From: a virus
Lineage: Duplodnaviria; Caudoviricetes
Direction: 5' to 3' (one strand)
Virus record (IMG/VR): IMGVR_UViG_3300012953_004391
Location: 1 to 35,281 of that record
Length of the DNA stretch: 35,281 nucleotides
The notes beneath the pieces are model-generated. The model made no database searches and was not told where the DNA came from. It was given only the letters and a program-made list of their open reading frames with translations. A program made the translations under genes and the position numbers. This document shows, piece after piece, positions 18,586 through 26,960 of this stretch (position 1 is its first letter; each line of letters opens with the position of its first letter).

Positions 18586-18954
18586 TTATGCTACTGCCTT
18601 CAATATTTCTACAAATAATTTACCATACTTTGCAAACCAAGTCTGTTCTTCTGTTAATGCAATACCATAACTGTCTGCTAACATGATTGCTGTTTCTGTG
18701 CCTAAAAAAGCATTACTTACTAATAAAAAACCTGCACTTGATACCAACAAATACAAATGATCCTTATCTCTTAAACTATGTGTCATAATTAACATAGTTC
18801 CTGCAAACAGCATAAGATAAGCATACAGTTCCATGTGAGGATTCAAAGATACACCCAAACACATAGTCAAGCCAAGAAACAATAAAGAACATCCTACAAT
18901 TTTCAATGTAGTTTGCACAAAATTGTTAATTTGTTTCTTTTGCTTGTTTGTCAT
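18586..18954 (-). CDS. membrane protein, hypothetical
   Basis: Three hydrophobic helices. Confidence 0.7.
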   Translation of the reverse strand: MTNKQKKQINNFVQTTLKIVGCSLLFLGLTMCLGVSLNPHMELYAYLMLFAGTMLIMTHSLRDKDHLYLLVSSAGFLLVSNAFLGTETAIMLADSYGIALTEEQTWFAKYGKLFVEILKAVA

Positions 18955-19139
18955 TATGCATTAAAGGATTCTAATTCCTCAAATAATTGTTTACTAGTAA
19001 AACCTAGTTTAAGTTCTGCATTATCCAAATGAATGTCTGCATCAACAAAATTCCAATTAACAGAACCATCTTCTTTGATGTTTTCTGGATTCTTTGTAGC
19101 CTTGACAATCAAGTCTTTTATAGTTATTTTTCTACTCAT
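18954..19139 (-). CDS. small hypothetical protein
   Basis: VNWNFVDAD motif. Start taken at the second Met because the first ATG is only 2 nt from the -10 box. Confidence 0.6.
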   Translation of the reverse strand: MSRKITIKDLIVKATKNPENIKEDGSVNWNFVDADIHLDNAELKLGFTSKQLFEELESFNA

Positions 19140-19168
19140 TTTGTTACTTCTAGTTAATTTATACATAT

Positions 19169-19197
19169 ATTATACTAAAAAATACACTATGAGTCAA
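19169..19197 (-). promoter_or_regulatory. sigma70-type promoter TTGACT-17-TATAAT
   Basis: agtcaa at 19192-19197, attata at 19169-19174. Confidence 0.7.
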
Positions 19198-19222
19198 CCT
19201 TTTTTACCACTTTTTTTGAGTC

Positions 19223-19257
19223 AAAAAGAAAGGGCATTACCTAAGTAACACCCTTCC
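19223..19257 (-). terminator. intrinsic terminator after porin gene
   Basis: Minus strand reads GGAAGGGTGTTAC-TTAG-GTAATGCCCTTTC followed by TTTTT. Confidence 0.75.
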
Positions 19258-19290
19258 AAAGTTATTAATAACGTAAAGGACTACTAACCC

Positions 19291-19932
19291 TTAAAAGGAC
19301 TTGCTTAATCCGAAAACAAAACTGTCTTCGTCAGCAAGACCACTGCCGTCTTCTGCGGCAAAGTCAACGTATGCAATAGTTCCTTCAATACCCATAGGTA
19401 AATCAAAACTTCTGCTAATTGACCAGTTGTCTCCAACATTGTCCCAAGAACCGTAAGATACATCCGCTACGTTAGAAATTGAATAACCAACTTCTGTGTA
19501 ATCGTTGAATCCGTCTTGTCCTAAGACGTGGAGAAAAGTAAATCCTTCATAGCCTAAACCAATCTGATATTCACTTCCGTTGAGTGAAGCATCTCCTGAG
19601 TAGTCGTAGTCGACATACGCAATGTCAATGGATACGCCATTAACATCTGTACCCCAACCAACATAAGTATCAAGTTCTAAGTCAGCATCACTGCCAGCAT
19701 AAGAAACCTCCGATGCCCATGCACCAAGGTAAAATCCTTTACCAGCATCGAGGTCGAAACCTCCACTGATAGCAGAATCACCTTGAGTCTGAGATTGCCC
19801 TCTGAAAATATAGTCTGAATCCAGACCAACATTTCCACTCACTGAAGCCGCTTTGGCTCCAAACGCCATAGTGGCAAGTAGTATTACTACTAGAGCCTTA
19901 AAGACGTTGTCAATATTGATTAAATTTTTCAT
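19291..19932 (-). CDS. TorF/TIGR02001-family putative outer-membrane porin
   Basis: Signal peptide ending AKA-A, SDYIFRGQSQT, alternating beta-strands and C-terminal Phe; AGGAGG RBS. Confidence 0.85.
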   Translation of the reverse strand: MKNLINIDNVFKALVVILLATMAFGAKAASVSGNVGLDSDYIFRGQSQTQGDSAISGGFDLDAGKGFYLGAWASEVSYAGSDADLELDTYVGWGTDVNGVSIDIAYVDYDYSGDASLNGSEYQIGLGYEGFTFLHVLGQDGFNDYTEVGYSISNVADVSYGSWDNVGDNWSISRSFDLPMGIEGTIAYVDFAAEDGSGLADEDSFVFGLSKSF

Positions 19933-20009
19933 TTAATCCTCCTTCTTATTATTATATTGCTGAGTAAATAAAGACAGAAAAACTGCCTGTTTTACCACAG
20001 CAACCTATT

Positions 20010-20038
20010 ATTATATATAAAACACGGTGTAATGTCAA
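20010..20038 (-). promoter_or_regulatory. perfect sigma70 promoter TTGACA-17-TATAAT for the porin gene
   Basis: tgtcaa at 20033-20038, attata at 20010-20015. Confidence 0.75.
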
Positions 20039-20285
20039 GTTTTTTTGTGTGATAAATGTAACACCGCTGATAGGGTGATTTGAAATGTTACTTCTATTTA
20101 GTCGGTTAGTAGTTACTAATCTACCGAATAACTACTACTTTAATCTTCTATTTCGATTTCACTAGTTTGTTGTATTCTTCTGTGAAAAGATACTGTATGT
20201 AAAGGTTCTTGTATAATCCAACATACTAGCCAAAAACAAATATTCACTATTATAGGTAACTTACGTCTGAACTTTTTTTCTCCAT

Positions 20286-20310
20286 AAAAAAAGGAGCCCG
20301 GAGGCTCCTT
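20286..20310 (-). terminator. intrinsic terminator
   Basis: AAGGAGCC-TCCG-GGCTCCTT followed by a T-run on the minus strand. Confidence 0.85.
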
Positions 20311-20328
20311 AATTTTTGCAAGTTTAAC

Positions 20329-20592
20329 TTATGAACTTGCTAATGCTTTGTAACCAGCGGCAATAACTGCTCTGCTTGGAGTACCAAGTCTATAAACTCT
20401 ACGAGTTCTGTTTTTGGTATCAGTTACAGTATTTAGGTAAATTGAATAACCTTTAAATCTTAGTGATTGAATCACTGCTTGTGGGTTACCAATGCCAAAG
20501 AAAGATTTCATTTGTGCTGAAGACAATGTTCTTCCTTCTTGAAGAGCCGAAAGTACTTTAGACTCTTTAGTTAATGTAGTAGTTGTAGTCAT
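20329..20592 (-). CDS. small winged-HTH-like DNA-binding protein
   Basis: True start MTTTTTLTKE at 20592 after AGGAGG; KVLSALQEG..LS...NPQAVIQSLRFKGYSIY...YRLG. Confidence 0.7.
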   Translation of the reverse strand: MTTTTTLTKESKVLSALQEGRTLSSAQMKSFFGIGNPQAVIQSLRFKGYSIYLNTVTDTKNRTRRVYRLGTPSRAVIAAGYKALASS

Positions 20593-20647
20593 ATGACCTC
20601 CTAATTTTCTACTTTTAAATTCTGTGCTAAATTGCACATTATCTACT

Positions 20648-20675
20648 ATTATATGTCTTTTCAAAAGAAAGTCAA
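20648..20675 (-). promoter_or_regulatory. sigma70-type promoter TTGACT-16-TATAAT
   Basis: agtcaa at 20670-20675, attata at 20648-20653; shares actattatatgtcttt with the promoter at 17253. Confidence 0.7.
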
Positions 20676-20692
20676 CCTTTTTTATTAATTTT

Positions 20693-20839
20693 TTAAATAT
20701 CATTGTGTTTTGTTGCTTTTAGTGAATAATAAATTGTTATTGCACCAAATACCATAGGGCATAAAAATACTGCAATTAAGCCTATTACGCCTACATCAAA
20801 CAGTTGATTTATTGCAATCCAATATGTATCTAAGTTCAT
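20693..20839 (-). CDS. 48-aa membrane microprotein
   Basis: Manual translation MNLDTYWIAINQLFDVGVIGLIAVFLCPMVFGAITIYYSLKATKHNDI; ATGA overlap with the upstream stop. Confidence 0.65.
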   Translation of the reverse strand: MNLDTYWIAINQLFDVGVIGLIAVFLCPMVFGAITIYYSLKATKHNDI

Positions 20840-21267
20840 CCTTTATACCTCTCTGCCAAGTATTGTTCGTGTTGTTTCCATTCACCTTTGTCTATAAATC
20901 CCCATTCTCTCAACTGTGGCCCAGGAATAAACAAAGTCCAAGTATTAACTCCAGGCTTTAACTCAATTCGGTGTAGGCTACGACTGCCTGCAAGGCGTAT
21001 AGTTCCAGGTCGTCTCCACTTTCGCTCTCCAGTTTTGAGGTGCTCCCAATATCCTCCTTTAAGGATAATAGTGCAATAAGGCCAAGGATGGTCATGTAAA
21101 TCATCCGGATCACCTTTATGAAAATTATGTAAGAATATGTTAAAAGGGAACCATTTGCGTTCTTTTAAAAACAAATAGTACCTAGTAAGGTATGGTTCAT
21201 TGTCCAACCTATCTAAAATTATTCTTTTACGTCCTAAACGTTCAAGAATCTTTAATAGTGTTTTCAT
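20836..21267 (-). CDS. cupin-fold hypothetical protein
   Basis: PYLTRYYL, LHDHPW, ILKGGYWE, HRIEL, WTLF, REWGF. Confidence 0.75.
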   Translation of the reverse strand: MKTLLKILERLGRKRIILDRLDNEPYLTRYYLFLKERKWFPFNIFLHNFHKGDPDDLHDHPWPYCTIILKGGYWEHLKTGERKWRRPGTIRLAGSRSLHRIELKPGVNTWTLFIPGPQLREWGFIDKGEWKQHEQYLAERYKG

Positions 21268-21697
21268 GTTGTGCAACTCTCTGTCTTAGACTTGTACTGC
21301 TAAAACTATGGTCTCTACCATTAAATACCAATTTGATATTTCGGTCTTTACATATCTTTTTACCTGTAAAGTCGTTATCTTTGTATTCGACTCCTAACAC
21401 TCTAACATTTATAGGTAGTGTTAAAAGTAAATCCTCTAGATCCTGCTCTGTCGCATAACAAACAATTTCATCTATATATTTTACAGCCGCTAACTGTATT
21501 TGTCTTTCTACTAAAGTTTGAACTGGCTGATTTTTTGTGTCTGGTCTGTCTATAGTAGGATCTGTCTGTAAACCTACAATCAAATAATCACAATGATGTT
21601 TCGCTTCTTCTAGCATTGTGATATGTCCTGCATGTAGCAAATCGAATGTACTGCAAGTAAATCCGATTTTGCCACAATCTTTATAACTTAATCTCAT
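21242..21697 (-). CDS. glycerol-3-phosphate cytidylyltransferase-like (TagD family)
   Basis: TFDLLHAGH, LIVGLQTD, ER...AVKYIDE and R.HSFSST. Confidence 0.85.
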   Translation of the reverse strand: MRLSYKDCGKIGFTCSTFDLLHAGHITMLEEAKHHCDYLIVGLQTDPTIDRPDTKNQPVQTLVERQIQLAAVKYIDEIVCYATEQDLEDLLLTLPINVRVLGVEYKDNDFTGKKICKDRNIKLVFNGRDHSFSSTSLRQRVAQHENTIKDS

Positions 21698-22137
21698 GCA
21701 AAGTCCTTTAACATTTTTTTAATTTCTAATGCATGTTGTTCTTCTTGTCCAATTTGTCCTCTGGCATATTCTTCTAAATACACACTAGCACCATCGACTT
21801 CTTGTAACAACTTTTTATATAAATTTACAGCATGTGTTTCATGCTCTAAACTTTCTTCAAGTATTTTTAAAATAGAATGGTCATGCGATTCTTCAATGTC
21901 TGCAATAACTTGGCTAGGATGTCCATTCAATCCTGTAATTAGTTCTCCAGCCTGTAAGGCATGTGCTAAACTTTCGTTTGCCTGTTCTTGCAAGAATGTT
22001 ACAATAGGTATTCTATATGGTCCTGTAACCATAAGTGAACTATGTGCATATCTCACAACACCAGCCATTTCATACTCGATAATTTCATTAAGTATTTCAC
22101 ATACTTTCGATTCATTTAATTCTTTCAATTCCATCAT
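21694..22137 (-). CDS. ferritin-like/bacterioferritin protein
   Basis: E..G...Y, ESLAHA, EHE..A...Y and EEQHA diiron ExxH motifs. Confidence 0.85.
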   Translation of the reverse strand: MMELKELNESKVCEILNEIIEYEMAGVVRYAHSSLMVTGPYRIPIVTFLQEQANESLAHALQAGELITGLNGHPSQVIADIEESHDHSILKILEESLEHETHAVNLYKKLLQEVDGASVYLEEYARGQIGQEEQHALEIKKMLKDFA

Positions 22138-22913
22138 TCTCCGTTGTAATACTCAAGACGTTCTATATCATCTTCAGTGGTTTCTTCGCCATATTGTATT
22201 TCTATAATATGACAAGGTTCATCAAAAGGATTATATGCTTGATGCCAATCACCTTGTTTGACATGAAAAACATTATCCTTACTTAAAGTGTGGATATTAA
22301 ATTTATCTGGATCTCCACAACTATGTTTTAAATTCATTTTGCCTTTGCTAACAAACCACATTTCACTTCTTTTAAAATGTCTTTGATAACTTATTCCTTT
22401 GTTAGGTTCAATAATTAGTTCTTTTACACGAACAACATCATCTTGGAACAAGTCACTAAACTCGCCCCAAACCCTTCTACTTGTTGGATATTTCCATTCT
22501 TTTAAAATCCAACTACTGCTATTGGCTTTATTGTCTCCACCAATACCAAATTTAAACTCGTAACCATCAACTTCCATTTCAGGTATATTGTCTTTACCTC
22601 TGTCGCCACCATTACAAAAAACATATTCAGTTGCACCTTGTTTATCAAATGCTTCTTTTATTGTTTCTAATCCGTTTGTAACTGTATCATCTGAATCATC
22701 TACACCGAATACATAATCTACCATATGCATACGTTCCAATATTAATGCTCTTTCATCGAAAGGCATAAAAGGTCTGCCTTTCTTTCTAGTAAGCCACTCA
22801 TCACTGTTTAATAACACAACAAGTTTTTCACCATGTGCAGACGCACTTTCTAATAGATTGATATGTCCAGAATGTAGTGGATCAAAGCCTCCACTTACAA
22901 CGGATATTTTCAT
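22134..22913 (-). CDS. cytidylyltransferase fused to mannose-6-phosphate-isomerase-type cupin
   Basis: SGGFDPLHSGH, NGGDR and K.NSSS, followed by R.WG, SYQRH..RSE.W and IIEIQYG..EDDIER. Confidence 0.88.
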   Translation of the reverse strand: MKISVVSGGFDPLHSGHINLLESASAHGEKLVVLLNSDEWLTRKKGRPFMPFDERALILERMHMVDYVFGVDDSDDTVTNGLETIKEAFDKQGATEYVFCNGGDRGKDNIPEMEVDGYEFKFGIGGDNKANSSSWILKEWKYPTSRRVWGEFSDLFQDDVVRVKELIIEPNKGISYQRHFKRSEMWFVSKGKMNLKHSCGDPDKFNIHTLSKDNVFHVKQGDWHQAYNPFDEPCHIIEIQYGEETTEDDIERLEYYNGE

Positions 22914-22914
22914 T

Positions 22915-23343
22915 TTAGTAATGCCCTAAATTTCTCTGACGAAGTTGTTGGCGCATTTTAGCATCACGCATTTTTCTAGACTTGCGTTTGCTTTTCATCC
23001 ACTTGACACCAGTCAACTCATATTGTTTCATATCACCACGAGCCTCTGCATCACGTACCCAACGTTCCCAACGTTTTTTAGCCTGTTGTTTTTTACGTTT
23101 ACGTTTTTCACTTGGCTTTTCGTAGTATTGTTGTTTTGCCAATTCTTTTTGGAAGTCGGACTTTTCAAGTTTTTTCTTAAGAACTCTGATTGCTTTGTTT
23201 ACATCTCCATTCCTAACTTCGACCTCTGCTTTGAACCTATCTAAATAATGTTCTTCTTTTTTAGGTCTGTCATCTCTTTTACGTTGATTAAACGATTTTG
23301 TATAAGTTTTATTTCTTTGATTTTGATTGCTTCTATTTTTCAA
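22915..23343 (-). CDS. rpsU: 30S ribosomal protein bS21 with N- and C-terminal extensions
   Basis: VEVRNGDVNKAIRVLKKK...QYYEKPSEKRKRKK..A.KR core; TTG start after GAGG. Confidence 0.85.
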   Translation of the reverse strand: MKNRSNQNQRNKTYTKSFNQRKRDDRPKKEEHYLDRFKAEVEVRNGDVNKAIRVLKKKLEKSDFQKELAKQQYYEKPSEKRKRKKQQAKKRWERWVRDAEARGDMKQYELTGVKWMKSKRKSRKMRDAKMRQQLRQRNLGHY

Positions 23344-23344
23344 G

Positions 23345-24601
23345 TTAACCTCTTAATTTAATTTTGTAATCCTTATCTGTGACTTCATTGCCATTATTAT
23401 AATAGAAAATTGGGTGCGTGTCAACATCTTTGGTAGGATAAGTTTTAAATTTTACCTTTACCACGCCAGATTCCTTTAGTTTAGGGCCTCTGAACATGAT
23501 GTTATGTAAACTAACTTCTATAATACTTTTCAGTCCTCTAGCACCAATTTTATTTTTTCTAGCCAATTTGGCAACATCTTTATAATACTGTTCTTCAAAT
23601 TCTAATTCTATTTCATCAAACTCCATAAGTTTTTTAACTTGTGGAATTATACTAGCATCAGATTTTTTAAGTATTGTAACCATATGTTGTTCTTCTAACT
23701 CTTCTAATGTTACAATGTTTGGCAATCTACCTACCAGTTCTGGTATAAGACCAAAAGATATTAAATCTCTGTGGTCTATGCTTTCCTGCCATGCTGTATC
23801 ATCTTTTGTATTAAGTTTAGAATTGAATCCCATATTCTTTTTGTTAATTCTTGCATTAACTAATTTTTCTATACCAACAAATGCTCCACTACATATAAAC
23901 AATATATCTGTTGTGTCAACATCTACATAGTCAGGTCTTTTTGTGCCTGTTGAAGGTATTTTTACAACTGTGCCTTCTATTAATCTTAAAAGTGCTTGTT
24001 GTACACCTTCACCACTAATATCCTTTGTACTGGCGTTAGATTCACTGCTACGAGCCTTTTTATCTATTTCATCTAAGAATACAATTCCATGTTGAGCAAC
24101 CGAAACGTCCCAATTACATTGATGTAATAATCTTTCTATCACACTTTCTACATCTTCACCAACATAACCTGCTTCAGTTAATGTTGTAGCATCAGCAATA
24201 GTGAAAGGAACATTTAATCTTTTTGCAAGAGTTTTAGCAAGTAAAGTTTTACCACTACCTGTTGGTCCTAACATAACAACATTACTTTTTTCTATTTTAG
24301 GTTCTTCATCTCCATAAAATAATCTTTTGTAGTGATTGTATGCTACAACACTTAAAACTTCTTTTGCATGGTCTTGACTAATAACAACATTATTCAAATG
24401 TTCATTTATTTCATTAGGTGTGGGGATTTCTGCTATGTCTAAATCATCTATAGGATTTTCATCATTTATAATCTTATGACTAATACTAATACATTCATTG
24501 CAAATGTATGAATTAGGGCCGGCTATTAATTTCTTAACTTCGTTTCTACTTTTACCACAAAAACTACAAGTTAGATTTTTATCATTTGTTGTGTCTGTCA
24601 T
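23345..24601 (-). CDS. clpX: ATP-dependent Clp protease ATP-binding subunit ClpX
   Basis: CSFC..CNEC zinc domain, [34 protein letters not shown] loop, GARGL. Confidence 0.97.
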   Translation of the reverse strand: MTDTTNDKNLTCSFCGKSRNEVKKLIAGPNSYICNECISISHKIINDENPIDDLDIAEIPTPNEINEHLNNVVISQDHAKEVLSVVAYNHYKRLFYGDEEPKIEKSNVVMLGPTGSGKTLLAKTLAKRLNVPFTIADATTLTEAGYVGEDVESVIERLLHQCNWDVSVAQHGIVFLDEIDKKARSSESNASTKDISGEGVQQALLRLIEGTVVKIPSTGTKRPDYVDVDTTDILFICSGAFVGIEKLVNARINKKNMGFNSKLNTKDDTAWQESIDHRDLISFGLIPELVGRLPNIVTLEELEEQHMVTILKKSDASIIPQVKKLMEFDEIELEFEEQYYKDVAKLARKNKIGARGLKSIIEVSLHNIMFRGPKLKESGVVKVKFKTYPTKDVDTHPIFYYNNGNEVTDKDYKIKLRG

Positions 24602-25302
24602 TTTTTAATAGTATATCTCGTTTCAGTGTTATCATCGTCGCCATCCGTTGGTAAAGGAATAGCCCAAAAGCCTAACTTATTATTTACTTCTTCAGCACTT
24701 AAATCCTTCAACATAGTGAGTATTTCTTCTGTGCTTAAATCGTTTACATTCATTTCACTGTTTGCAATTAATGTAGCCGCGGCTTTAAGGTCGCCTGTAG
24801 CAGGCAATTCTATAGTCTGGGGTCTGCGTGGTCCTTCAACAACTTTTTCCTTGATAACTTCAACTTCCTTGATAACTTCAACCGGTACTTCTTTTATTAC
24901 TTCTCTCTCAACAATTCGCTCTGGTCCTGGGACCTCGACTTCTTTAATAACCTCGACAATCTTTTCGACCTCGACAGGTTTCTCAACAATCTTTTCCTTC
25001 TCAACAATCTTCTCGACTTCGACATGGACAGGCACCTCCTTTTCTACTACCTTTTCTACTGTTTTTGTTTTGGGTTTTGCTTTTAACTTTTTTTCTAAAG
25101 TTGCTATTTGTGATTCAAGTTCGTGTATTTTTAGATTATACATCTGTTCTTGTTTTGTGGATAATGGAACGACTACTTCTCTGATTGTTTCTTTTGGTTT
25201 CTTTTCTAATTTGGTTAGTGCATCATCTAACATAGATAATGTATTACCATATCGTTCCCATAAACTGTCTAATGCTGATTGCAGTTCTTTTTTAGTTGTC
25301 AT
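24598..25302 (-). CDS. hypothetical protein with V/E/K-rich (VEKIVE/VIKEVE) repeats
   Basis: Low-complexity repeat core flanked by helical segments. Confidence 0.75.
   Translation of the reverse strand: MTTKKELQSALDSLWERYGNTLSMLDDALTKLEKKPKETIREVVVPLSTKQEQMYNLKIHELESQIATLEKKLKAKPKTKTVEKVVEKEVPVHVEVEKIVEKEKIVEKPVEVEKIVEVIKEVEVPGPERIVEREVIKEVPVEVIKEVEVIKEKVVEGPRRPQTIELPATGDLKAAATLIANSEMNVNDLSTEEILTMLKDLSAEEVNNKLGFWAIPLPTDGDDDNTETRYTIKK
24847..24882. repeat. perfect 18-bp tandem duplication (ttccttgataacttcaac x2) within a longer degenerate coding repeat
   Basis: 24847-24864 is identical to 24865-24882; encodes VEVIKE twice. Confidence 0.85.
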
Positions 25303-26926
25303 CCTTGTCCAACCTCTGCTTTAACTTTTTTTCTAAGTCTAAAATTGCTTTGGGCGGATTTAAGTCTAGTTTGATATCTTTTTCTTTTGTGACTACTTTT
25401 TCAACTATAACTTCTTTTGGTTTTTCTTGTAGTTGTTTTTCTAGTTCTTCTATTTTTGCCTGATTAGCCGCCGCTTCTGCCATTGCCACAGCCGCATCAT
25501 CTACTGCTGATGGCATTTCATCTCTGTCGAAATATTCTACACTAGTAGGTCCACTAGTGTCACGTAACTCGTCACCATTCTCCCCTGATTGTCGTAAATG
25601 TATGTCGTCGCTTGTTGAGTTGTCCCTTGGTTCACTATCTTGTAAACCACCTGTTTCGATAACGTTTCCGGTTGGCTCAGAGACTTTACCGAGGTCGTCG
25701 GAATGCTCTGAATCGGTGTAATACTGTTTACTTCCATTACCATCTCCTTTTGGTCCTGTTTTTTCTAAGTTTATCCCATATCTAAGTAATGTTTGGTTGG
25801 CGGCAATAATCAATACGACTGCTAGTGGATCAAAAACGAATACTAGCATCAATATGAATAGTCTAACTGCTTGGTCTAAATAGCCTTGACTATCACCGCC
25901 GTAAATTAGTTCTGCTACATATTTGATTGGTCCAACTTCCATTTCTAAGTCTCTTACTATGCTTTCTGCTTCAAACTTTTCGTCTTTTAGTAATGCAATG
26001 TTGTCGTAAAGATTATCTATGTCTGTGTTGAATTCATCTATCTTCTGTAGGTTTGTGTCTTGTTGGTCTGTGCTTTGATTTCTCAATCTGTTTATTTCTG
26101 CATTTGCATCATCAATAACTTTTTGTGCTTGGGCTCTATAGTTATCTATTGTATCTTGAAATACTTTGATGTCTGCACTTGCAGTTTGTCTTATAGTGTT
26201 CTTTTCTTCTTTTATGGTATCACGTTCTGGTTTTTGATTTGCAAACAATTCATTTGCTTGAGCAACGTAATCTATCTTTTCTGTTTCCGCTTGTCTAAAT
26301 GCACCACCTTCATCTAGTGTAACAACTTCTACACCTTTTGCTCTAAGGTCATTTACGGATTTATCTAGTGCGGCTAGTCTACTATCTAATTGTGCAAGGT
26401 CTTCTTTTAGTTGAGCTCTGACGTTTTCTATCTGTTCTTGATTATAATCTATATCACCTTGTACTCTTGCCCATGCACCATCTCTAATTTCTTCTTGTTG
26501 ACTAATACTTTGGCTTACATCTGTTGATCCGCCTAATGCAAGTATTCTATCTTCTATTATTTCTATTTTATTTTCTTCTCTAGCAATTTGTCCATCAATT
26601 CTTTCTACTGTGGCAAATGCTGAACTACTTTCTCCTGCTTGATCCAAATGTGCTTTTGACAAATATCCAAAAATACCCATACTTGTTATAAGCATTAATA
26701 CAACCACGGCTGTAGATAGATACACTTTTAATAGCATAGTGGTTTCGTTCCAATATCTATATAGCCAACTTGCTGTAAGTAATTTACCTACTTCAAGTGT
26801 ACCTGCCATAATAGCAATAGGAACTGCTGAGGCACTGAAAATCGCCATAAGACCTTCTATGGAAAACCAAGCGGCTACGCCAGCGATGGCGATAGCGGTG
26901 AACAATGTGAATAGACCAAACAACAT
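25292..26926 (-). CDS. membrane-anchored long coiled-coil phage protein
   Basis: Three N-terminal TM helices (LEVGKL, TSMGIFGYLSKAH), a long coiled coil, then EVGPIKYVAE and FVFDPLAV TM segment. Confidence 0.85.
   Translation of the reverse strand: MLFGLFTLFTAIAIAGVAAWFSIEGLMAIFSASAVPIAIMAGTLEVGKLLTASWLYRYWNETTMLLKVYLSTAVVVLMLITSMGIFGYLSKAHLDQAGESSSAFATVERIDGQIAREENKIEIIEDRILALGGSTDVSQSISQQEEIRDGAWARVQGDIDYNQEQIENVRAQLKEDLAQLDSRLAALDKSVNDLRAKGVEVVTLDEGGAFRQAETEKIDYVAQANELFANQKPERDTIKEEKNTIRQTASADIKVFQDTIDNYRAQAQKVIDDANAEINRLRNQSTDQQDTNLQKIDEFNTDIDNLYDNIALLKDEKFEAESIVRDLEMEVGPIKYVAELIYGGDSQGYLDQAVRLFILMLVFVFDPLAVVLIIAANQTLLRYGINLEKTGPKGDGNGSKQYYTDSEHSDDLGKVSEPTGNVIETGGLQDSEPRDNSTSDDIHLRQSGENGDELRDTSGPTSVEYFDRDEMPSAVDDAAVAMAEAAANQAKIEELEKQLQEKPKEVIVEKVVTKEKDIKLDLNPPKAILDLEKKLKQRLDKDDN
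25537..25737 (-). CDS. nested out-of-frame 66-aa protein
   Basis: AAGGAG (25749-25744) 6 nt before ATG 25737; protein-like sequence ending YIYDNQG...VDLLV. Confidence 0.6.
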   Translation of the reverse strand: MEVNSITPIQSIPTTSVKSLSQPETLSKQVVYKIVNQGTTQQATTYIYDNQGRMVTSYVTLVDLLV

Positions 26927-26935
26927 AGTAATTAG

Positions 26936-26953
26936 TATTTATCTATATAAATA
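26936..26953. promoter_or_regulatory. back-to-back late promoter boxes (TAAATA on minus, TATAAATA on plus)
   Basis: tattta at 26936-26941 and tataaata at 26946-26953, in the 34-bp gap between divergent genes. Confidence 0.7.
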
Positions 26954-26960
26954 ACTAGTT

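Noticed and set aside
20593-20703. N-terminal extensions given by the ORF track (also 32395-32409 and 33889-33936)
   Set aside because: They run over promoter or terminator elements; downstream starts fit better.
24840-25070. Repeats as a possible CRISPR array
   Set aside because: In-frame coding repeats without unique spacers.
24626-25324. 232-aa plus-strand ORF, and similar antisense ORFs at 5354, 7795, 11084, 18102, 29765, 34431 and 34808
   Set aside because: Antisense shadows of real genes (S/F/T/I-rich), with no RBS or promoter.
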